Below, one piece after another: positions 37,461-50,900 of a stretch of 64,000 nucleotides of DNA (position 1 is the first letter of the stretch; each line of letters starts with the position of its first letter). The position numbers and the translations under genes were made by a program. The DNA comes from Sarea resinae (lineage: Eukaryota), in assembly GCA_026026165.1 (NCBI GenBank), contig JAPEUD010000016.1, positions 1 through 64,000 of the forward strand, read 5' to 3'. The notes beneath the pieces are model-generated. The model did no database searches and was not told where the DNA came from. It saw nothing but the letters and a program-made list of their open reading frames with translations.

Positions 37461-37779
37461 TCCCCATTCTCCTTGGGCAAACGGATTAGATTAATGCAAA
37501 GTATACATCACTCGAGCTTTCTCAGGGTGATGGTCGACGAATGTGGATCGAAACCACCCATCTGAGTCTGTCCATCCGGGGACTTGCTATTAGAGATCCT
37601 TGATGATGATAGGTCTGACTAAAACTAGGTGGCTGTGAGAAGTGGGTAAATAGAGGTATATAGAGGCATACGACAGTCTCGGTCTTGTTTGTTGCATAGG
37701 ATGGGCACATTGGCGAAGCACAGTGCCTTCTAGGACTGATGTACAGCATGACATATTGAATGTCCTATTCCTGGCCAGC

Positions 37780-38784
37780 TTAATAAGTATCCCCGAAGCC
37801 TAGCTCTCCTCTTTTCGTCAGAACATCCTTCTTCCACCGCCAAAACATAGGCACACGTTGCTCTCGTGGCCATACGTGACCAAAAGTCTCCGAAGGACCG
37901 TTGAAAGAGAGCGCCGACAGTATTGCTCCGAGATCCATTTCTCTCTTTAGCGTTCCATCGACGGTGATACGGATTCTGCCAATCCTTTCGTATAGAACGG
38001 CCCCATAGACTGCAGTATGATAACCCATGCTAAGCAAAAACCCTAGGTAAACAATAATGTAATCTGCCAGCCATTCGGGTCGCATGATTGTCTCCTTCAA
38101 GTCAACTCCGAAATCCGTGCCACTCCTCTGTCGACGAGATTGCATCCATTCGCCAAATTCCACGTTTGAAGGAGGCAGGAGATATGTGTCGCCTTCGGCC
38201 GAGAAATTGAGGACCAGGGTCTTGATGCTGAGCTGCTTGTCTACATGTGATGTTCTCTGGCCAAGTGGTCCGCGTCGCAAAAGAAGCTCCAACAGGTAGT
38301 AGAAACACCACAAAATCTCAGGAGGGGATGCATCGCCTGCTTGGAAAGCGCTCTTCCATTCGCCGGCTGTACCGAAGACGCGAAACGTGACTTCGATGCA
38401 GTCAACCTGCTGGGCTAGAACTGGGAGATACAACCAAGTTGGCCAGAGCTCCCGCTCTTCTACGAACATAACATCGAGGCTGCAAGCTAGGTTCGAATAA
38501 AGCGCAAGGCGTTCGATTGCAGACTTGGTTTCGCACGACAGTCGGCGATTAACAAGGAGAAGAGGAAGACTATCCACGGCACAATCACGTTGCTCAAACT
38601 CGACGTGAGAAGGTCCGTAAGACCATGTATTAAATCCTCGCCGTTCAGGGATGCCCCTTCGATGTCTCTCTCGACGACTTCGGGCTGCTGTCGCGATATC
38701 TGGCGGCGGATTTCGCTTGGAGCAGAGAACCAATTCAATAATGTTGTCTCGAATCTCGCGTGGTATCGTGAGGAGCGAAGGCAT
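37780..38784 (-). CDS. Hypothetical protein with N-terminal F-box-like motif
   Basis: MPSLLTIPREIRDNIIELVL...LLLVNRRLSCE; intronless ORF of ~334 aa from the ATG. Confidence 0.75.
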   Translation of the reverse strand: MPSLLTIPREIRDNIIELVLCSKRNPPPDIATAARSRRERHRRGIPERRGFNTWSYGPSHVEFEQRDCAVDSLPLLLVNRRLSCETKSAIERLALYSNLACSLDVMFVEERELWPTWLYLPVLAQQVDCIEVTFRVFGTAGEWKSAFQAGDASPPEILWCFYYLLELLLRRGPLGQRTSHVDKQLSIKTLVLNFSAEGDTYLLPPSNVEFGEWMQSRRQRSGTDFGVDLKETIMRPEWLADYIIVYLGFLLSMGYHTAVYGAVLYERIGRIRITVDGTLKREMDLGAILSALSFNGPSETFGHVWPREQRVPMFWRWKKDVLTKRGELGFGDTY

Positions 38785-41418
38785 TTGAGTAACGCTGTAG
38801 TCTGGGATCTGACGGGAAGAAGAGAAAGCGAAGGGCAATTGCCCGACAATTGGTAAGCTGGTAGGCCGCAATGTTTGGAAGAGAGCAGAAGAACTTAGAT
38901 CGAGTGGTCTGTCATAGGCGCTAACCTCTTTTGGGGTACAGGTAAATGGACGATCTCGAGCGGTGAATTGGCCACGTCGGCCGCGTTAGCCGCGTTAGCC
39001 ACGATGAGCCACAATCAATCACCTAGTAGAAAGCCGTGAGGCATTGAAGATGGCAATGACCGCAACCACAGTACCATCCACCATCAATATCATCATCCGC
39101 ATTGGCGAGTAGCTAGAGAGATTTTGCGCGACGGTGGAAAAGCCCTAGTACCGTAAGTAGGGTTTGCGACGCGCCCGTGGATAGTTTATCTTTTAATTCA
39201 TTGGTGGTCGAAGGGATCCAACTAAGCATTCTCAAAGTCTACACTTCTTTTGTCTTCTTAAGCATACTTGAAGTTTCCCCAGTGAGCGGAAACATTCTTG
39301 ACGTCTGGGGCTGTTGCTAGAAAATTTGGTGCGGCTCGAAGATTGCTATGGTGAACCAGGGAGTTGATTCTGATCCGGAACATTATCAGAATGAGTTCCG
39401 ACAAAGACGCGGCTGGGATGATGAGAGGGCTGGACGAGTTGTCTGGTTCTCACAACGGCATGATTCGGTTATCCAGAAGAGAAGCGTGGCTCAAATAGTA
39501 GTATGTCTCGGCTGGATGATGAGCTGTCTTGTTCTTCCTTCAATAACGGTATCTGCCCCTGAGAAGGGGGTATAGGAAGGCGGCCGAGACCTCTGCAGCA
39601 TGAAAAATGGAATAGGCAACATGCACCAAGGTATGACATCTCGTCTCGCTATGATATGAGGAGCTCCTAGTTTGTCCTAGTTCTATATACACTCGCTCTA
39701 TTACCTATCTCGATAGTAGCTTCGAACAGTGGGATACGCTGCGAGCGCATTATGCTAGCGACGATCGACTCTTCTCGCCCCTGTTGCCCCTGTTGCTTTC
39801 ATCTCCATCACCGTTCAATTTTTCCTCTTCATCGCGACTTCAAAAAGAGCTCGTATAGTCGTGGAAGTCTGCCTTGGTAGATGCTCGAAAACATCGGCTA
39901 TCGTCGCTCGAAATACGAGCGACTTTCAGATCTCGTTGGAGCCCGCAGTGCCAACACAAGATATACGAGCGACGGCGATATCCCACACTCGGAGCTGCAA
40001 TTACCGGTTTCGGTCGGATTTCCGAGATCGATGATGGGTTGAGGCGGGTTGGCGGCTCAGTCGAGATAGCGTTGGGCGGGTGACGGAGACGTGATTTGAG
40101 GATTGGGAGGTCGAGGTGGGTGAGGTGGTATCGAGAGCTTCTCGAAGACGGCACAGGAAGGATGCAAAGGAAACAAAGAAAAGGAAGCTAGAACGATCAG
40201 GATTCAAGCTAAGGTAGCATTGGCGAAAAAAGAGCTCGCGTGCTAAGTACTGACGCACGAACGCATTGGTAGGTGGGAACCTGGAAATCCGCTGTTGAGA
40301 CTGCACCTGGCCGGACGCCCGGGCAGATGTTCGGAAATGCCGGGGTGAGGCGAATGAAACGCATGGACTGTGGACTGTGGTTGGAGATCACGAGGCATCC
40401 ATGGATGGATCCATGGATCCATGGATCGATTGGCAGAGGCACGCAAGGGATACTGCTTGTAGACGTCGAGAAAGTGACAGCAAAGAAGCCTTCCCGCACA
40501 GTGGTAAGCTCCAGGGCTAGGTGAACATACGTAGTACAGGTACTGGACCTGGTATGAAGGAAGGTAAGGTAAGCACGGGACAACTCTTGGCTCTGGGGGT
40601 ACTGGGCCGCAGCCAAGTCGGGCGGTAGCGATAGCGCGGGATAGTATCGGTCCGGTACCTCCCTATCTGCGCTTAGCGCCGTCACTGTCGAGCCTACTCC
40701 GGGGTAGGTCGAGCTCACGGACTCTACTCTAATTGAGAGTCAATCCAGAGTCCAGAGTAGCTGGAGATGCGAGTAGAGATGGAAGATGGACAAGACGCCG
40801 TAGATGTCGTTCGAGAGCAGGTTGATACCTTACGATTCGATCAGTGGCATTGGCTTGTATCTCTCTGGGCTGGCCGCGGCAGAGGGGACGTGACCTTATC
40901 TCTGCCGCAACCCTTGACCCGGTCAAGCCTTCAGCCACCAGATAACCTCCAGCTCCAACCTTCCATCCAGTCTTCTCGGTCTTCTCAGTCTTCTCACTTC
41001 TCAGGCAGTCCATCACTCAATCCCTGGATCAGTCGAGCCACACCACCACCACCCTCGGAATGGCCGTCGACCTCACTGACGGACCACCATTGTACCACAT
41101 ACACGATCCACGATCCATATACCACCCTCTGATGTGCCCATCCACCTTCCTATCCCAACCCCGTGTCCGAACCGAACACCCCCTTGCGACGTCTGGTGGC
41201 CTATCAATAGTCGTCTCTGTCCTTCATGGACGGTTTCCACCCTGGTGCGATTCCAGCTGAATAGCGATACCGAAGACCCGTCACCATGATGCCTGTGCCT
41301 ATGCCCGTGCCCGTCGGCTTCCTTGCTCCAAGCCTTGCCCCGACCGTGGCCAGACATAAGAAGTGGGCATGTCCACCATCAAGGCGAGAGGGCAATCACC
41401 GCATCACCAACCATCACC

Positions 41419-43565
41419 ATGGCTCAACCAGGTGCTCAACCCGCCGCCTTGGCCCTCGATGGAGGCGACCCGCGACTGAGCTTCCAGGGCATGGGCATCC
41501 AGGACTACTCTCATCGTCAGATCCGCTCGCTCCATGATCCCAATGTCACGCTCGAAGAATACATGCACTATGCTGTACTGAGTCGTGCTGAGGACGTGAG
41601 ACTTCACGGCGCCAACGCCTACCTGCCGGGAACCGCGGGCATTGCCGGTAAGATCAAGTGGCATCACAGTCTCAAAGAGGCGGCCGAGATTACGAATGCT
41701 GCTCCTGGAGAGAGTCTGGAGAAGTCTCCAGCCTTTGCCACCACCGCCACGGACGAGAAGAGGGGACTCGAGCCAGGCGCAGTGGGTGGGACCGAGAGCC
41801 CGTCGGAGGCTTACCTCGGCGTCCCCAACGAGGAATGGAATATTGCGTCACGCGCTGCTCGGACGGCCACCTGGGGCGCCGTATTCTATCTTATCACCAC
41901 GGACATCTTGGGACCCTCCTCTGTTCCGTAAGTCTATCAAGAAGTAGAGTCGCTGATTTCATACTAATCAACGATGGCAGATGGGCGATGTCGCAGCTAG
42001 TAAGAGTTTCACGATTCGTTGCATCACCTAAACCAACATACTGATTAATTTCCTCAGGGATATGGCCCGGGAATTACCCTTTATTTCGTGTTTGGGGCGA
42101 CGGCTTTCTAGTAAGACGACTCTGGCTCCTGCACGGGCTGCCTGGTATTGATCGATGACAGTGCCGGGTTCCAGATGTGGCAGATGTTCATGGTATTGGA
42201 TTCGACTCGGTATCCTCTGAAGACTTACGGCGACATCGCTTTTCGCATCTTCGGCGCATGGGCTCGCCATACGGTCAACGTCCTACAGGTGAGACACCGT
42301 TCTAAGACAGCTTTCCGTTACTCATTCCGGTAGAGCATCCAACTTTTTTTCAACGTTGGCATCCTCATTCTCAGCAACGGACAAGCCATCTATCAGCTTT
42401 CTCAAGGGTCCAGCGGAAAGAAGGGTCTGTGCTTCATCGTGTGCAGTCTGGTCTTCACGCTGGCTGGCTTTCTGCTCGGTCAGGTCCGTACGCTCAGGCG
42501 ATTTGGCTGGATCGCCAATCTCGCTATCTGGTTGAACGTGATCGTCATCATCATGACGTTCGTACAAACCCTCGTCTTTCTTGTCAATGTCAAGCTAACA
42601 TCTCACAGGATGGCTGTGGCCGCCAAAGATGGCCCTAACTATGCGGTATCTCACGTCGGAAACCTGACCCCGCTTACTCCCGAGCCCGTCCGACATACGG
42701 CTGGCATACCAAAAGGAGTCGACCTCCAGAACCAACTGGTTGGGTTGATGCAAGCTGTTTATTCATATGGAGGTGCTATGTTGTACTGCGAGTTCATGTC
42801 CGAGATGAAAAAACCATGGGACTTCTTCAAAGCCCAGCTATGCGCCGAGACGTTTATCTTTTGCTGCTATGTCCTCTACGGCATCTTCGTCTATTACTAT
42901 CAGGGACAATATACCTATATCGTCGCCAACCAGGGTATCCAAGGTTACAACTTCCAATCTGCAGGCAACGCTCTCAGTCTTGTGTCGGCGCTCATCGCGG
43001 CTGCGCTGTACGGTAACATTGGCATCAAGGTCCTCTATCAGAACGTCTTCACCGAGCTCATGGGCGCTCCGCCGCTCGAGTCTAAGAAGGGAAAGTTGCT
43101 TTGGGTGGGCCTGGTCCCGATCTACTGGTCTCTTGCCGTAAGTCGTCCGTGATCACCTAACGGCTGGCTTACCGACTGACCGACCATCGCATCCAGTTCA
43201 TGGTGTGCAGCGCCATTCCGAACATCAACGGCTTCAGCGGTGTGATCGCCGCCGCCTGCATCATGCAGTTCTCATACACATTCCCGCCATTTTTAATGCT
43301 CGGGCTCGACGTGCAGCGAGATGCCATGGTAGATGGAGAAACGTTCGACCCGCGCACCGGCCAGGTAAATCACGTCGACGCCGGCTGGAAGCGCTGGGCT
43401 CGCGGGTTCAAGAAGCGCACGCCGCTGAAGATGTGGTATATCGTCTTCACGCTCGGGTCGGCCACCACAGCCGTTCTGGGGCTCTATTGTAGCATCTCGT
43501 CACTCAAGACGACGTTTGACACGAATCCGAATACCACGTCTTTTAGCTGTACCGCTCCTGTCTAG
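41419..43565 (+). CDS. Amino acid/auxin permease (Aa_trans family) transporter, multi-exon
   Basis: RAARTATWGAVFYLITTDILGP, TYGDIAFRIFG, YSYGGAMLYCEFMSEMKKPWDF, multiple TM segments. Confidence 0.92.
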
Positions 43566-43936
43566 ATTTGACTAGGTTCTTGTTTCAGGCGGGGCGAGGT
43601 TTTCTTTCGAAATGCGCGCGTACCAGACATGTCTCTCCTCTCCGTTTATCAGCCGCACATCTTCTGCTTGTGTACGTCTTCTGATCTTGTGGAATAAAGA
43701 TAGATAGATAGTCGTGTCAATGTATATGTGTGTGTAATGGCATTCAATCGCATTGAAAAAATGCGTCACGGTTCTTTTGTACTATAATATTACAGCTTGG
43801 GGAATCTACTCTCTAGACTTCTAGAGAACAATCCTAGATCACTACTGATGACTATCAAATCGGCAAGCAATGAGAAACGCTGTCAAAGAGTTCGATAGAT
43901 ACATAGATAGAAAGACAATGTATGACCCTTATTTCT

Positions 43937-43987
43937 TTTCTCTTTCTCTTTCTCTTTCTCTTTCTCTTTCTCTTTCTCTTTCTCTTC
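43937..43987. repeat. (TTTCTC)n microsatellite within an AT-rich relic region (~43790-44860)
   Basis: About 8 hexamer units. Confidence 0.9.
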
Positions 43988-45241
43988 AGAGAATAGCTAG
44001 TCTCTTCTTCAAGATCGCGCAAACTCGGATGTAGAAAAACAGATACATTAAACATATCTTTATAACGAGAAGTAGGAGCGAAACAGATGCAGTGGGTAGG
44101 GTTCTCTAGGCTAGTGATATAAAGGTGTCTATCTATCTGTCTGTCTCTAATAACACAAACAGTAGGAAATAGGAATTTGTTAGTGTGAGTGATATCTCTA
44201 ATTCGAGATTAATCAAGGGTGGTGCAGATTAGTAAGGAAGGAGGTAAGGAAAGGAAGCGCGCACTTCATAGCCAGCGAGAACCCTCTCCCCTACTGAGAA
44301 GAGAAAAAGCAAAGCGAGAGAGAAGAAAAACACGGAATAGAGAGAGAGGGAGAGAAAGAAGAATTATCTAGGGGGTATGCCTAATGTTCTGCCGCCGTAG
44401 CGTTGGAGTGTGCGAACGGCGCCGTTGGTACCAGTGGGGCATGATGGACTTTCTGCGCGACGGGGCTGGCGCAAAATGGGGGCGCCTGATATTAGGTAGG
44501 TAGCGGCTAAAGCGTAAGTGTTAATGATTTAGGGGTACGGAGTTGATAGTATCGTACTAGGTCAAAAGTCTTTGCGATTTAGCAATTCTCCACCTAAAAT
44601 GGCCACTTTGAAATGCTTCTAATTATCTAACGGCATATTTAACATTAGATAGAATCTCGGTGGATTGAAAGAAAGTATCTGAAGCTACTCATACTGAATA
44701 TGGTATTTTCTCTTTACTGTTGTTATTAGAGTAAGGTAATATAATACCTTTAACTTAGATAACTTAAGAATATATTATATTAGTACTGCCAGTAAGTAAT
44801 GAAGATCGTCAAGACTTATGACACATAACTGTACGTTGTTCAGTACGGACTAGACAGACAGAGGCGGAGAGGGAGAGAGTGTGTGTGAAAAAAAGAGAGA
44901 GAGGGTCATGCTACAGTGATAAAAGGAGTGGATTGAATCTATCTCAGGACCGTCAAGTGAACGTATATTTCGTCCCAAGCTACAAGCACCAACCATTCGA
45001 GCTCACGCCCAACTGTCTCACCCTCTCAGCTGTCTCGCCCTCCCCTCCAAGTCGGCTCTACATATGTCTAGCCGCCGAATTGCAAATAAACGAGTGTCAT
45101 TTAGCTTCCGTCTCCGCAACCCAACTCGACAGGACACTCGATCCGGCGGCCCCTCCCTTGGCTGTTTACATGAAGTCAGTGAACCAGTAGCCTGCGCGCT
45201 ATCAATCGTGGGAAAACATACAGTACATACATGTCTGCCAT

Positions 45242-45560
45242 CTAGCAGACTACGCAGCATGCTTCGCATGCTCCCTTGGCACACGGATCGCCGCCCTTAG
45301 CGCCATTGGTGCATGTCTCGCAGCAAGCCATGCACGGACATTGAGGCCCGTCGACTATTTTGCCCGACAGACGCAGCAAGATTAAGCAAGCGGAAGATTC
45401 GGATGACAAGACTCTCGGTTTACTGACCGAATTGAATGGTTTGACGGTCCGCACTGACGCGGGGGTCATCGTAGGAGAAACTTCCTTTGTAGGTGCCCAA
45501 TGTCTTCGACTCGGCACAGAGAGCCAAAATGGTCGAGACCAAAACGATGGAGAACTTCAT
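45242..45560 (-). CDS. Small secreted cysteine-rich peptide, 81 aa, 2 exons (45428-45560, 45242-45354)
   Basis: MKFSIVLVSTILALCAES signal peptide. A 73-nt GTCAGT..TTAAT..TAG intron joins it in frame to DGPQCPCMACCETCTNGAKGGDPCAKGACEACCVVC*. TATAAAA lies ~120 nt upstream. Confidence 0.85.
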
Positions 45561-46884
45561 TGTCGGAGAGACACGGTAGAGCTCGAAGGAGACTAATAGT
45601 TGATTGAGATATCGTAGAAGATTTTGGAAATTGGTAGTAGTTGTGGAATGGATAGGATCCGAAGAGGAATCGTAGCCGTTTTATAGATTTTTGAGCCAGC
45701 TGCAACACGGCCATCCCATCGTATCATCCACACGTAATAGAAGGGAAGACCAATCCAGTCGTAATCACCATTCTGCAAGATGAGCCAAGTGGCTGTTCTT
45801 CACGACCGTCAAACGTTTGACCAGGAGCCATCCGGAGAAGCCGGGAGCTTCGAAGAGCATCTTCAAGAGTCGTACGAGGTGCTAGAAGCGATACAGACCG
45901 CGCTGTTGTCCGTCACTACGACACAAACGGCAATATGGTTGATAAAAGTCGGTCAGGGCATCCATCTGCAATATAAGCACGGCGAGTCTTTGCTCCACGT
46001 ATATTGATCGCCGCGATGCCAGCAGCGGAGAAAGCCATGCAATGATGTAAACCAACATCGGATCTGAGCTTGCCTTCACTGCAAAGTGAGACATCCTCGA
46101 TGGATGAGCCGTGGCATTGAACAGGATTGCGGGATATAGAAGATATGATCGTATGCCTCTTGGTCTGTAGACGTACGGCACGACACTCAAGCAAGACCGC
46201 CTTGGGAACTTTAGAGGTTCGGATACGTTCTGGTCCTCTGCGTTCAAAGTTGAACGCTCTCGAGATGCTTGCAGAATTCGAAGACTAGTAGTCGAGACCA
46301 GACAAGCATCAGCCCACGTTGAGCAGGTGGGTTGACCGAGAATTTGATACGGGTGTAGCCGCCAAGTGGCCCCTCCAATGCGCGTGTTCGGAAATCCCAT
46401 GTCCGTGGGGAACGGATGGGTATGCCCTCTGAACAGGAGTCTTCTTTGGTCTGGAGATAACGCTGTGGCTGAGAGATTGCCGATATTTGCCAGATAGAGA
46501 AGGAGAGTAAGAAGCGACCGATGGCAGAATCCAAACGTGGCGAGACTCGAGAGATACTCGTCGTCATGCTCTTGTCTGAAAGAGTTGAATAACCGCGGAT
46601 GCAGGATTAGTGGAAGGATTGTGGCTGCAGGAATACTCTCCCGTCTCGCCGGTCGTTTGGCACTTGTGTGGCACGGACGAAGACAAAGACAACCAAGCTC
46701 ACGTCAATAGGAGAGATTGATGGTTGAACAAGGAGGATCGTCGCCAATGAGCCTTCGGCTGTCCCTGATGGCGCCGTTCTCCAGATCGTACTGCGGTAAG
46801 CATGTCAGCTGTCGCTCGGGCCGCACCCCTGCAAGGGCCGGGAAGAGAAGCTTGGCCTTTCCACGGTCGCGAGAGGGAAAGCTT

Positions 46885-46932
46885 AGCATCACCAACTGCA
46901 GCATCACCAACTGCAGCATCACCAACTGCAGC
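46885..46932 (+). repeat. 15-bp tandem repeat AGCATCACCAACTGC x3
   Basis: Read directly from the sequence. Confidence 0.9.
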
Positions 46933-47949
46933 GTCTCAGAAGATACCTTCAGTATCGCCGATTGGCGGGACGAGTCTTTTTCACGCGAATAACGCTACCG
47001 CGGCTTGGAGGATTCAAGGAAGCCTGCTCAGTGTAGATCGCACGATGATTTCGATCCCTCTCGACAAATTGAGCCTTAGGGGTGACCGATCGATGCTCAT
47101 TGTTTGCTATGTTTCATTGCTCTGTTGGCCTCTGCTTCGGCGGACGGCATCACTGGGCGCAATTGGCGACTAATGACCTCGGCACGCTACTGTCTCTGCC
47201 CTTTGTAGCAGGTGCTAGTCCAGGATTTAATCTCGCGCGTACCATCGTTCTACAGATAATAGAGGCAGCCCTGGCGTCCTTAGGTCGATCATCGAGTTGC
47301 GTTCAGCGTTGGTGTTTGGAGTTGCTTGGAGTCGACCAACCTAAGAGACAGAGAGATATGCGAAGACTTCGAGTGTAAGATTGGCACCCCTGGTCAGTCG
47401 TATGCTCTTTCTAGGTTGTCTACATCGCAGGCTTTTCTGCATTGCATTCAATCTGAATATTCGATGATAGCTGTGTCTGCGCCGTTGACTGGGCACCTAG
47501 CCCTCTCCAGCCCCCCTTCCCCTCCCCCGTTCCACCCGCCTCTCCGGCCGTCCATTTCTGCTTTGCATCATCCTCCCGTGTTCTGAATATTCTGGATCCT
47601 GAAAAGTTCTTCGCAAGGATTCCCTAGGCCTGAACCCATCAGAGCCATGATCCGGCCCAATGTCTCGCCCGTGCACTACAGCTGTGTCCTCCGAACGAGT
47701 GTTGAGATAGTCGCGAGAACTAAGAGGCGCAGGATTAGTTCGATAAGATCAAATGGAGCGATAAAGAGAGGTTCGATAGTTAACCACCAAACGAACCAGT
47801 AGATGATCATGAGACGGACAAGTTCGCGGCTGAATCTCCCGAGTCCGAGTTAAGGTATCCAATGTCGATGTAGGGCTGTAGACTGCTTGACATATAGCAG
47901 ACTCGATAGAGCGTCGCTTCGCTCCAGAAATATTTGCCTGTAGGCGTGC

Positions 47950-50900
47950 CTATGTGACGTCTAAGTGAGTCGGTTGCACTTCTGTTATGCACTCCCTTTC
48001 TAAAAAGTCTGTCCAAGGCCCCATCACTGCATTGTGAGAGTGCTTCAGATGCTGTCGGAAGTGATCGGCGCGGTGGAACTTTTTATTTTGGTTGCATTCG
48101 CCAAACTTGTGCTCGCTGATTAAGTGGTCTACCCGAAGGTCCCATTGGGAACATATTAATAGTGACTCTAACCCTAAATCAGGGCATACAGTAGGCTCCC
48201 TGCCAGAAACTCCACAGAAACCGCATACATCATGGCCCATGCACGATAAGGGATGGAAAGCGTTTTGGACTCCTTCGAGATTTGCGCATGACCAATTAGG
48301 GCGATCATCGAAGTGTACGGCGATACTATGGCGACTTAGAGCATTCATAGCTGTAAAGCGTAGAGAACAGTATGGGCATTCATATGAAATTTTTGATGTC
48401 ATGGGAGCGCTAGGATCATCATCAGCTATTCTATTAATTTCGATATGCAAGTAAGTTGCAATTAATGACTTACTCCTCTGGGCGAGTGCTTGCCCTCCTC
48501 GGGTTATCAAGATCGGAGTAAGCTGAGTAAAAGTCCCAGTCGTTGTATTGCTTGGCTAGCACAGCAAACGCAATTTCCTCCATATGCTGTGCTATATGAG
48601 CGGCTTGGTCCTTAAGATGGACTTGGTGAACATTAATCTTCTCGCCGCAAAATTTACACGCAGCGTCCGAACCTGCCTCCGGTGATGGATGAAGTCCTCT
48701 CTGCCTTGATTCAGGTTCAGTATTGGCCTCAGCTTTGGGTTGGATATCTGATTTTTTTTGAAATGATTGCATGATACGCGGTGGCCTCATGTAGGATAGT
48801 TGATGGGTCTCAATTTCGTGTTCCATGTATGCCCGTCTTGATTCAAATGTATCCATCGGGCTTTGGCAATCACGATAGGTACAGACATAAGGTCTCAAGT
48901 CGTGCAATACATGTTTCCTGTCCCTCCAATTAATATGGCATTCTCTCATACGGAGAGAAACGTACTGCCATTCACGACGCCTTTTTACCTTCACGGCGTG
49001 GCCGCATATATCGCAATCAAAAGTTTTCACCGTTCCCAATTGGACCGGTGGTGGAGGGAGACCTGGTGGATTCTTGACATGATCGAATGGATTAGATCCG
49101 TTCTGGCTCGATGAGAATGTGGGGTTTTGCTCTAGAGTGTCCAATTGAAGATCTCCTCTCAAAGAGCTATTTCTGCTGGAGATTCTTGAATCCACTGAAG
49201 GAGAACGGTGCGTTGACTTCCTTTCGGTCCAAAAAGATGAGCTTTCCTTTTTTGATGGTAACGGTTCCTTATCCTCCGTGGATTGTCGTTTGATAGTAGT
49301 AAATCTGTTTCCTCGAGAACCTCCCATCAAAACGTCGCCCTCGCCCTGATCACTATATAGGCCACGGAATATATGATTCGCTGCATCGAGGAACGGGAAA
49401 TGCGTTGCGTCGACTGAAAGCGGGTCTTTCGGTTCATGAGAAGCTTGAACTTGGAAAGGTTTTAGGTCAAGAGACCTGTCGCATTGTTCCTCGGATGTTG
49501 AGAGTTGCATAAGACGTATTCGTTCCGCGCGATCCACATTGGCTTTAGCCAAGCGCGTTGCTAGATATTGTGGCACCAAAGGAAATCTGTCCATGATATT
49601 ACGGAAATAAATTTTCGCATCCGATCCTAATGCCTCAAGTTGATCACTATCTATGTAGCGGGACTCGACGACTTGCTGTTGGGATGAAACACCTATGTGA
49701 ACCTTTCGAAAGAATGCTATCTCTTTTTCTTCTTGTGAAGCATCATCAGGAGCTGAAATTGTCTCCTCATCCACGCTACGATATGGCGATAGGCCAGCCG
49801 CTGGTACGGCGCACTGATTGAGCCAAGCCTCCAGTGGCGTCGCCGCACTATTCCAATCGACAGCAGAAACATTTTGGGTTAGCCGCAGCGATTCTGGAGC
49901 AGACTTCCTCTGGAATTTTGCGTCTCTTAGATCTTCACTTTCACTAGCAAAAGGTCCGAAGGGTTCTTTTTTGCGTTTACGATCCATCGAGTCGAACTCG
50001 TCAGGATCAAGTGGCTCGGGTCTAGCACCAAAGACACGAAGATCGTCCTCTGCTTGACGAGACACGATTTGTTCAACTTTCTCTTCTCCGAGCATATCCA
50101 GACGGTTGAAGGCAGTTTCAAAGTCTCCATCTGCCGAATAGAAGATCATCTCACATTTTGAGCTGCTGAGTTAGTGATGAACGTGTACTGCTCTTCATAT
50201 CACGTGTACATACCAAGCGATTGGACCAGAGGCCTGTTCAGAGGTAACCTGCTGACCGGAACAGCCTGGTCGGGGACAATAACCTTCCTTTCTTCCCAGA
50301 ATGGATAAGATCATGGACATTGATAGTTGCGCCCCTGGGAAAATGGATTGTGACCACGTATCTCTGGATACCAAAGCTCCTTGTCTCCTGGAATCGAGAA
50401 TGTGATATTTTCCACCAATGACTTTCGTCTCGCCCGGCAAGTCCCTAAAGTCGACAAGAAGAAAGCTTTCGAACGGCTTCAAAAGTCAGATCAATAGAAT
50501 TGTAGGTCGTAAGACAATCAAAGCGCTCACCTGCCAGTGGCGAAAATACTCGTAAGGCAGCTCACGCTTCCGTCCCAGTGCATCTTCGAACTTTATATTA
50601 GATTGAAGAAGTGATGTGGGTGATTTGGCAATGCCTTGTTGCAATTGCAGCAGCACTCTATACATTGTTATATTGGTCCCTACGATGCTCCGGAGAAGGT
50701 CTCGTATCTCACTTGGGAAGGTGGCGATAAATGTCGCAACCCTATTTCCAATGCTCTGTAGCCCCAGAACAGAACTTTGGGTGGCGCTGACGGTAGCCGA
50801 CATACGGTCAAATCGGCTTGTCAACCCTGAACGCACATCGGCCACTTCGGATGCAATCATCTGTATCTGGCGTCGTTCTCGATGAGAATTATCCCGATAT

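Noticed and set aside
43790..44860. Defined transposon in the AT-rich patch
   Set aside because: Looks like a TE relic, but no paired TIR/LTR or TSD could be found by eye.
45780..46570. Overlapping short ORFs upstream of the cysteine-rich peptide gene
   Set aside because: No consistent frame or domain; possibly a pseudogene but unidentifiable.
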